Shown: positions 25,210 to 35,792 of the stretch, one piece after another
Numbering within the stretch: position 1 is the stretch's first letter
How the letters are laid out: every line of letters starts with the position of its first letter
From: Octopus bimaculoides
Taxonomy: Eukaryota
Assembly (NCBI RefSeq): GCF_001194135.2
Contig: NC_068988.1
Location: 72,696,080 to 72,739,868 of the forward strand
Reading direction: 5' to 3'
DNA: 43,789 bases
Position numbers and translations under genes: made by a program
Notes under the pieces: generated by a model
What the model saw: only the letters and a program-made list of their open reading frames with translations
Told to the model about the DNA's origin: nothing
Databases searched by the model: none

Positions 25210-25290
25210 CATATTTGACTTCTGAAAATATTAGTCACGTAATGCAACGCACTCCTTATTTTTGACCTGTGTGTGTGTGTGTGTGTGTGT

Positions 25291-25444
25291 ATATGACAGG
25301 CTTGTTTTCAGTTTCCATCTATCAAATCCACTCACAAGGCTAAAGACTATAGTAGAAGACACTTGCCCAAGGTGCCATGCAATGGGACTGAACCTAGAAC
25401 CATGTAGATGGGAAGCAAGCTTCTCACCATACAGGCACACCTCC
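25291..25444 (-). mobile_element. CORE-SINE family A (5' module)
   Basis: gaagacacttgcccaaggtgcc CORE motif and gggactgaacc B-box on the minus strand; followed by (TG)n. Confidence 0.8.
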
Positions 25445-26258
25445 ATCTATATGCCCTTTTATCACAAGAAAGAGATGAAAGAACATGATAATGTTACAAA
25501 AATGTGTTTGTAAAGGTTAAACACTGATTTCTTTTGATTAGGTACAAAATTAATATAGGCAAAGACAGGCCATAATCAATGGAAACAGTCCTAATATTAC
25601 TAATACAAGGTCATAACCAGTTCAAATATGTTTGGAGCATATTCAAGCCATTCTCTGAGTTTTGTCATGGACAAAATTTCTTGCCATAGACAAATGGTGT
25701 AAATACACTAAAATTAGCTCACAGCACCACCTGCCCAGACTGGGATGCAAGCATTTTGGAGTGGTTATCTCCTCTTCAGCCAGAGAAACTAGACAGGGGG
25801 CGTCTACAAGCTTATCAGAGAGATTATTTTACTGGTACAAATTTTTTTTTCAACCTCGATCAGATATTCAACATGTAAAGGAATGGCATAAAATTCAAGT
25901 TTAATTTTCAAAGCCACCTTTACAAAATGTGAAAGCAAATACTTAATAAAATTACTATTCAAATTTAAAAGCTACAAGAAAAATTACTAACCATTTTAAA
26001 GAACTATATATATACTAGAAAATTCTAATCAAACTAAATTGAAATAAAAAGAAAAAGTACCTGAATCAAATAAAAACACTGAAGAATACTTCACCAAATT
26101 TGAAAGTGGAATAAAAAAAAAACTTCATTTAAATCATTTTCAGACACCCATTACTGATTCCAGTGCACTTTAATAGTTAAATACATAAATTGTACAAAAA
26201 ATAATTGCATAGACTGTACTTTAAAATTTTAGTTATTACTTACAGAGCTTGTTTAACT

Positions 26259-26329
26259 TTATCCTTGTTTGGATTTCAACTCTTTAACTTTTTTAATGTA
26301 CAAGGTCTCTGCTTCTTCTTTTGATGTTC
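26259..26329 (-). CDS. DBI: DBI/ACBP coding exon 4 ([23 protein letters not shown])
   Basis: tttcttag|GAACATCAAAAGAAG...CAAGGATAA; matches ACBP helix 4. Confidence 0.95.
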
Positions 26330-28574
26330 CTAAGAAATTCAAAAGCAGACTAAATGAATACAAAATTAGGTTTAAATAAAAATGATATTTTAATGAAAAC
26401 ATCTAATAAAACGACAGCAAATATTGGGTTGGCAACTAAGTTCCTGTTGTTTTTTTTTAATTTTGGAATCTATTTTTTTCAAGAATTCTATTTTTGAATC
26501 ATTTTGGAATCTATTTTGTTTTTTTTTGTTTTTTCTTTCTAGTTAATTTTAGTTAATTTTTATTTATTTTCAGATCATTAAAATGGAATGTCAAGTTAAG
26601 AAAAATAAGCATTTTTGACACCTTCTTTTTACCTTTAATCAAGGTTCTAAGGCCGCAAAAGCTGCTCGCAACATCAAACGACAAGGGAACTGGCAGAGAA
26701 AATGGAATGCTCCCACACTACTATAGAGAAGCATCTTCACTCGATGGGAAAGGTTCATAAGTATGAAGCTTTAAGTGACAACAGCAAAAATCAACGAGCC
26801 ACAATCTCTGCTGGTTTGCTTGCTTGTCACCACTCAATTCATGCTTTAGATGGCTTCTAAGAAATGATAGCTTTTGTTACCTCGGTGGACGTGAATTTTC
26901 CAGAAGTATAATAGCCAGCATAAGAATGTTGTGAAAAAGTTCATAGAGCTATTACCTCTGCTGGCAACCAACAGAATCTCCTTCTGAATGAAGGGCAAGT
27001 TAATGCTTGTACAAGAAGTGTGATGTTGCACATGGGTGAAATATGGGCAGTTTATACAGAGCATCAGTGAAGGCTGGAAAGAAATGAGGCAATCAAATTC
27101 TGGATTACACTGGATATGTAATACCAGTATACATAAGTGGCAGAGCACAAATGAGTTGAGAGAAAATGGGACATAAGAAGAATCAGACATAGCATGCTAA
27201 AAATACTATGCTGGTACAGATAAGTGATATGTATGGAGGATGACAACTGGCTAAAAATGTGAGTTGTAGAAGAAGACACAGGAACAAGTGATGAAGATTG
27301 GTGTCAAAAGGCTAACTTCATAAAAAACATGATTAAGAATTACAAGAGACAAGATTCTGTACTGAAGAAGGCCTGTCCAGCCCACGTAAGCATGGAAAAC
27401 AGTCATGAAGATAATGGTGAAATTATTTTTTCCCATATTATAAAGAACATTTATTTCATATTTATTGTTGAAAATTTCATAGAAATTTTGAGGAAATTTA
27501 CCACATACAACATTCAATTTTGGTTCATAGCTTTAGAGGCCTACAAAATTAGGATTTTACATGGAACAAGCAGTTTTTTTTTTTTATAAATTCAAATCAA
27601 TGTCTTTATAACTCCAACACAAATAGTTGATTTATTCACCTTTTCTATCATTCCAAGCATTCCATTTAGCCTTAGCTTTCATGTCCAAAATGCCAGGTTT
27701 TTCTGCAAGAAAAAAGAAAATAATAAAGAAAAATTGGTTATTGAAGAAAGCATAAATCTGTCTAGTTTGATACAATATTATAAAACATTACAAATTTATT
27801 TATATTTCATCCAAAGTTTATTAACAATTTCAAAATTTGATTTCTTGAAGGTAAAATAAAACCTAAAACTCTTATTTTAAAAATTTCACAGAAGATACCT
27901 GCCTTATGGATAAAATTGAGTAGATGAAAACTGTTACAAAGTGACATACTGATTATGCCCCAGGAGTACAGCAAGTGTAGAAGTGCGTACTCTACCACAT
28001 ATACTAACATTCAACAAGTAAGGAATTTGGTTAATCAGATGAATACAATATTCAGCAGTGAAACTAACAAAAGATGGGTTTATTTTATATATGTGCGTGT
28101 GTACAAATTTCCAATTCCCTTTCGTCACCTTTTCCTTGCTCTACAACTCATCTTCCATATTTTTACTTAAATTTCTCAACACTTCTCATTTCTTCAAAAA
28201 GAATTCCAACTGAAATGTCAGAACTGACTTTTCATGCCAAAAAGAATCTTATTCTATTTTTGCAGTTGTACATTCATCATATGCTTCATTCATTCAGCCA
28301 ACCATTTGGTTAAAGAGTTCTTTGAACAACCACATAGTTCTGAGTTCCATCCTATAGTACACCAACATTGACAAGTGTCTCCTACTGTAAGCTCACATTA
28401 ACCAAGGCCTTGCAGTTGAAATTTGGTAGATGGAAGCTAGGAGAAAGCCCATTACAAGTATGTGTGTGTATGTATATATATATATACTTTCCGTATTCCC
28501 GAGCGTCATACTAATATATACTTTTGTTATTTACACCACCTGTCCTCGTCTGTTGTTATTATTTGTATATTCTC

Positions 28575-28615
<41 letters not shown>

Positions 28616-31600
28616 TGTATAATTGGGTTATCAGATAAATTTATTCACTTCTTTCCAATNNNNNNNNNNNNNNNNNNNNNNNNNNNNNNNNNNNNNNNNN
28701 NNNNGGGGGGGGGGGATATATTCTTTCTCTGCAACTTTTGTTCATCATTTTTGAAATTTTATCTCTTTTCAGATATACAACAATGGAGTACCAAGCTGGA
28801 AAAAATAAGCATTTTCAACACCGGCTTCTCTTTGCTTTCAATCAAGATTTCAAAGCTGTTGAAGCCACTCAAGGCATTTGTACTGTGTATGGAGAAAGTA
28901 TTATTACTAAAAGTGCTGCACAGGAATGGTTTACATTCTTCAAGGAGTAGAATTTAACCCCACAGATTCTCAACATTTGGGCTAACTTGTTCAGTTTAGT
29001 GAGGATCAATTGAATGAGTTCATCTGCAAGGATCCATACCAATCAACTAAGGAACTGGTCCAGCAGATGAGATGCTCTCATGGTAATGTCATCTGTCAAA
29101 GTCCAAAAACTCAGTGCATGGTGCCACACTGAACAAGAGAGACAAACTCCTGAGCTCCTCTATCACCACCACTTTACTTGTTCACACCAGGCTACGCATG
29201 GACACAGAGATCTCGTTACCGCATCAACATAGATGAAAAATGGTATCATTAGGGACAGGTGTGGCAACATGGATAAGAGCAAAAGAAGCTAGGTTGGTAC
29301 CAGGAGTGGAGAAGAAGCTACAGACTAAAAAATCGTTTAGGTTATGGGCATGTTTGAAGGAGGAAAGAGGGGAGATTAAAAAAGATGTAGGAAATGGAGG
29401 GGGTCAGATTGGATTTGGCAGAAAACCTGAAGAATGGTGAGTTTGAGGGGTAGTAGGTAATGGGCAAACAGAAGCAGGTAAAGGTAAGGTAGGTGCAGGG
29501 AGAGAGAGTCAATGCATGGTCAACAGACTGGGCACAGGCAAGGGCAGTTTGAGAAGTATTCCTGTTGAATGAAATTGTAAGCCATGAGTTGGGACCTGTG
29601 TTTCGAAGTCATGGTCATCACTACAAAGCCAGCAAAGACAGAGGAACAGAGAGAAAGGATGGACAGATTGGTGTGGGTAGGGTGAAGGAAAGAGAAGTTG
29701 AGATATGGGGAAGGGGTAGTGGAGGCAGTGGTAAACAGGAAGGAGAGAGAGAGGAAAAAGTGGTAGGTGGAGTGTCGGCTGCAGGGAAGAGAGAACAAGG
29801 GTGAGAGCAGTGGACGGGTTGGGTTAGAGAGAGTGGAGAAAGGGTGGGTGTAGTGGCATCAGGTAGGACAGGATGAGAGTGTTAGAAATTTGTAGTGTTT
29901 AGTGCAAGCAAGAATAGTTGTGGAAAAGGTGGTTGAGGTAGAGAATGAGATGGAGGATGGAGTGTGCAACAAAGAGGGTGCAGCAATGTGTGTGTGTGTG
30001 TGTGTGTGCATTTGTTTGTGTCTGTATTTGTGTATTTATGTTTACTAGTGTGGCCAGTTCCATGTATTATGTATTATTCAAAAGTAATCAGTTAAAAAAG
30101 TACTAGACTAAACTAGAAATTAGAACAATATAATCAACTAAAAATTCTTTGTAGACAGTGCTCCAGCATGAACACACTCCAAACTTTGAAACCAATAAAT
30201 GATTAAAAGAAAATATGAATTCAAGTTGACAATAATTGGAGGAAAAATTCAAATACAATCAGCAAAGCAGGATTAAAAAATGAAATAGGAACTCTTTGTA
30301 TCACAAATTATAAGAGATATGTATTAGGAAATGTTCAATCCTCTAACCATATTTGTTTTAGAGTTAATCAATAAATTGATCAGTGGCTCTTTAAATGATT
30401 TAGTGGCAAGTAAATATCATTGAATAAATTCAACAGAAATATTAGAAATGTAACAAAAAGTATGTAATAGAGAAATCACAAGTCACCCGGGAATGTGAAT
30501 GGCATAAAGAGTTAAGTGCAAAAATGATGCCCAAGTAACATTAATAATTGAAAATCCCGTGTTGCATCAGTGTGACATGAGAGATTTTTATGAGGATGAG
30601 CTTTAGATTGTTTTTGAAAATAATATCTTAAAATAAGTTGTCTTTTTTTACAACATGGAAAGATTTCAACTGGAGAGAAAAAGCAATAAGCAGATTTATC
30701 CAATCCAACAAGTTCAAATTGACAATGGATATACAACTAAAGGAGTACTTTTCTTATGTAACTAATGATTCCATTTTACACTTTACCAAAAATGCTATCA
30801 CTAATAATAATCACCTGTGTTAATATCACCAACTGTAGCTTGTTTGTAGAGAGAATATAATTCCAACAACTCATCATTTGATGGAGTTATACTCAGCCCC
30901 TTCACCTCTTCAGCAGCTTTTGTGAATTCCTACAAAAAAAATTTCTATTAGAAATAACAATACTATTTTATTTCTTACCAGCAAAAAGAAATCTAACAAT
31001 AATGAAAATTATAAAATACTAATCAATTTCAATTAAAACAATAGTCAATCTAAGCAAATATTACAATACATACCTTATTCTGTGCAAAGTTTTTTTATTT
31101 GTATTATAGAATTAAAATTTTTTTTTATCGAAAAATAAATTACTTTTTCAAGTATTTGTTAAAATCAAATTATATTTTGTTGCAAGATTAGGTAACCCTA
31201 ATATTTATTGTACAATATCAAAATAGAAAAAAATTTGCAAAAAATATAATTTCCATTTCCAAATGCTTTCTTCTTTGATTTCTCAGCATATTTACAGTAG
31301 TTCAGATTCAGCTATAACAGATATCAATACCATATTTATTCCTATATGATATACACAATATTTCCAGATTTTTAAACCAAAAAATTCTGGGTGCAAGAAA
31401 ACTAAACATTATTCATTTTCCTAGTTCAGAATGTCATATGTCATATTTTCTATTCAAGCTAACTTATGAGTAAATGAAATATTTAATACATTAAATGTTT
31501 GTTCTATTTCTTTAATGTTTTGATTAGATTGTAGCACTCAAAGTCGGTTAGCATCTTAAAACATCAAAACAATTCAGAAGCAAAATGAAAACAGCAAAAT

Positions 31601-33766
31601 GACAAAATATTCTTAGTTTCTGTTTGAGGCTATTCAGTCAATATATCATTTAATATATGTGCAATATATATCATTTATTATGTTAACATTCTTTCACAAT
31701 ATATATACATTTTATATAATATTGTATTTTATTAAACAATTCTAAGATTATATTAATTGATGTATGTAATTAAGAACAAAAGAAAAATTGCCAGATCTTA
31801 CATGTCTGATATTCAAAGCATAAAAACCAGGCCTTTTTCTTTTTTAAAAAAAAATTACTTGATAAGTAAAATAAGAGCAATTGTTTTTTTTTAAAAATTC
31901 TCACTAAAATATTTTCTCCTGTGGTAACATCATCATCAACATTTAACGTCTGTTTTCCATGCTGGCATGGGTTGGACGATTTGACAGAAACTGGCAAGCT
32001 GAAGAGCTGTCCAGGTTCCATGCCTAATTTGATATGGTTTCTAGGGCTAGATGCCTTTAACAGCAACCACTTTACAGAGTGTACTTGGTGCTTTTACACA
32101 GCACCAGCACAAGTGCTTTTATGTGGCACCAGCACCCAGGGGACATGCTAATGTGCAACGACAACCACAATTTTACTGATCTTGATGTGTCTTCTCAAGC
32201 ACAGCAAACCACCAAAACTAAATGTATACATCATTAAAAACAAACCAATTTTCTAAGGATAAAAAGCATAGTTATGTTAACTTTATACAATTATTCTTTT
32301 ACTTCCAACACCATTTTAAGTTCAAAGACAACATTTTAGAAAAAAACAAACAAAAATACATTTATTCATTTGAAATTATCAAAACAGATTCTCCAATGTT
32401 CAAAACTTGGAAATTCAAAACCAGTTTGAAAAAAAAATAAATAAAACAGACAGTGGTGTATGCTTCCCCAATTCTGAAGCAGTTTGATAATTTAGGAAAT
32501 TTATCTCAGTAATACCATTATAACTAGTTTAATTTTTTTTGTTAATTATCTAAATAGTGCATTTTATACAACATATTTTTTGGTATTTCATTTCCAATAG
32601 TGGTGTGCAATATGATTCCTTATAATTATAAATCATGAGTGTATATCATATCTTTTATTTTTCTACTCATTTCAATCACTGGACTGCAGCCATGCCAGAG
32701 CACCACCATGAAAGGTTTAGAAAACAAATCAAAACAAGAGCTTATTTTTAAGTTTAGTATTCTATTGGTCTCTTTTGCTGAACTACTAACTTACAGGGAT
32801 GTTTACAAACACCAGTTCCCAAGCAGCAGTAGGAGATATACACACACACACACACACAATAGGTTTCTTTCAGTTTCTATCTACCAAATTCACTCAGAAG
32901 GTTTTGGTCCCCCAAGAGTTATAATAGAAGACACTTTCCCCAAGTGCCTCACAGTAGGACTGAACCCAAAACCATGTGGTTGGGAAGTAAACTTCTTTCC
33001 ACACAGCCATACTGCACCAATTATAAATGAATTTTTTTTAAATCAATCGTTCTGTCTATTCATATTTTTCAATCAATTTTATTATCAGCTTTCATTTATG
33101 CAGTATCTTTCTCATGCATAAAGTTGCCCTTGTAGAAAGAGAGTGTTTCTAATCTTTCAGTCACAATTAGCCTCCACAGCAAACAGCATTGATTAGATCA
33201 AATGTATAGCTTATCTCTTATTTGAAATTAATTAACAATGCATTTTGACTTGTCTATCATTAATGTTATAAAATTAGGTATTTCTTATTAAATAATGTGA
33301 ATTCTAAGTGTGGATTAATATTTTGAGAATATTTCGGCCAATATAAACTATAATAAATTTTAGCAACCAGTAAGTAAAGTGTGATGAATTTTACCTACTA
33401 ATCAACTCTTTTCTAATCATCTTCACCATCCACTTTCTTTGCTGGCAGGTGTTGGATGGTTGGACAAAATCCAGTAAGCCACATAGCAACATCAGGCTCC
33501 AATGTCAGCTTTGGCATGGTTTTATACCCTCCCTAACACCAACCACTTTACAGAGTGTACTGGATGCTTTGTTTTCATGCTACCAACACTAGTAAGGTTA
33601 CCAGATGCAGGAGTAGCTGTGCAGTAAGTAGCTTGCTTACTAACCACATGGTCCTGGGTTCAGTCCCACTGTGTGGCACCTTGGGCAAGTGTCTTCTACT
33701 ATAGCTTCAGGCCAACCAAAGCCTTGTGAGTGGATTTGGTAGACAGAAACTGGAAGAAGCCCGTCG

Positions 33767-33849
<83 letters not shown>

Positions 33850-35759
33850 ATATGTTTGTGTTTCTGTGTTTGTCCCCGCAACATCGCTTGACAATCAATG
33901 CTGGTGTGTTTACATCTCCATAACTTAGCAGTTCGGCAAAACTGACCGATAGAATAAGTACTAGGCTTACAAAGAATAAGCTCTGGGGTCGATTTGCTCA
34001 ACTAAAGGCGGTGCTCCAGCATGGCCACAGCCAAATGACTGAAACGAGTAAAAGAATAAAAGAATGTAATTTGCAAGACAGAAGAGCAGGGAGAGATCAC
34101 TGTATATTTCTAGTTTGTTTTTTAATGCCCCATACATTAAATACCTAAAGATATTCCAACATACTACACTTTTATCAAATTAAATTGCTTAAAAGCTTCT
34201 GCTTAAAATTACTGTCAACTTACACATTCAAAATGTACTGAATCTTTCTTGAACATCAGGATAAAGTCATGAAACAACAATTTATAAGTTTATTATTTTT
34301 CATCATTATCATTTAATGTCCATCCTCCACGCTGGCATAGATTGGATAATTTGTCAGAAACTAGCAAGACAGAGGACAACAAACTCTGTTTATTACCATT
34401 ATATAATGCTGTATTTGCTCGCTAATAACTTTTATCCCTCACTGTGCAGAAATAAAAACCTATAGTGGTCTATGACACAAACATGTCAAACAGTAACAAA
34501 GCAAATGACATTCCAAGATTTATAAGGAAAATGTGTTGCCCATCTCCTACATATTTTCTAATCCATATCAATTAAATATGCTATATTTCACTCCTCACAG
34601 TATATTCTGGCCTAAAGTTGAAGCTGAACTAACTAAATTCAACCACTTTAAATGTTCAGTGAACATATCAGAGAAAAAAAAAGTAAAATTCAAGGAGAAT
34701 ATTGTGATACTAATGATAAAAGATAGATCATAGGTTAAAATAGTAATAATAAGAGTAATGATTTCATAAATGAAGTACACTTTAAATGTAACCACACTAA
34801 CCTACATAGATATTATCATTGAGAAGATAAGAATTGATATGTACATAATCTTAATCTATACGTAGCTTTAGAACAATATGTAATTTCAAGTTATTTTAAT
34901 CACACTATTCTATCTGAATTTGGCAGAGGGACTCATGTTTAGAAAAGAAGATGTCCATGTTACTCCTAGAGTGTAAAACTAATCAAAGATAAAATAGTTG
35001 CAAAAAAGAATTGAAACTCAATAGCAGATTTGGTTCACAAGTAGCTACCGGAACAAGTGTAGTTAAAATCTATTTCCAAAATAAAGGTTTCTCCATTGAT
35101 TGTTAAAGCATTATGAACACTTACTCTCCTTGTCCATAAGGGACCAGAAAAGCAAAAGTAAACAACTTTAGGGTTTATTATGAAACATAAGAGCCAAAAT
35201 GTTTGTGGTAAATTTAGATAAATAAAAATAATTCAAGATACAAATTTAAATTATTTCATTATTAAAAGAAAGTCTTTGCAATTAACATAATACTAAAAAT
35301 TTTTATAAAAGAAAATAGTTAAAAATTCCTTATCCAAAAACATCTGGATTATATTATTTCCTCAGAAGAACTATGAATGAAGTAGAAAAGAAGGTTTGGA
35401 GAATGAAGGCTGAGATGGCACAATCTAGAGAACCCTATGATTTGCAAAACATCATGTTATCCATATCCAGTGTTGATACCCAGAATAATTTGACTTTGCC
35501 ACTTAAATATAAACAACTGATAGTTTTAAATAGAAATATACAGTTTTCCAAATGACATTTTAAGTTCCACAAACATTGATTGGCATCAATTATAATTTAT
35601 GAGGAACAGGTCAATAGCAATCACCAACTCAATGATGACACTGATTTTATTGGTGACAAAAGATTTCCAGTTGTTGAACTGAATGAATTATAGGTATGTG
35701 TGTGTGTGTGTGCACGTACGTGTATCTACATACATGCATGTAATGTGTCTGAAAGTTCT

Positions 35760-35792
<33 letters not shown>

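Noticed and set aside
33607-33680. tRNA gene
   Set aside because: A/B boxes belong to a SINE head; no cloverleaf, and it continues into the CORE domain.
33640-34001. YIYIYI / HTHTHT / DDDYYY-type ORFs throughout the window
   Set aside because: Translations of microsatellites within SINEs.
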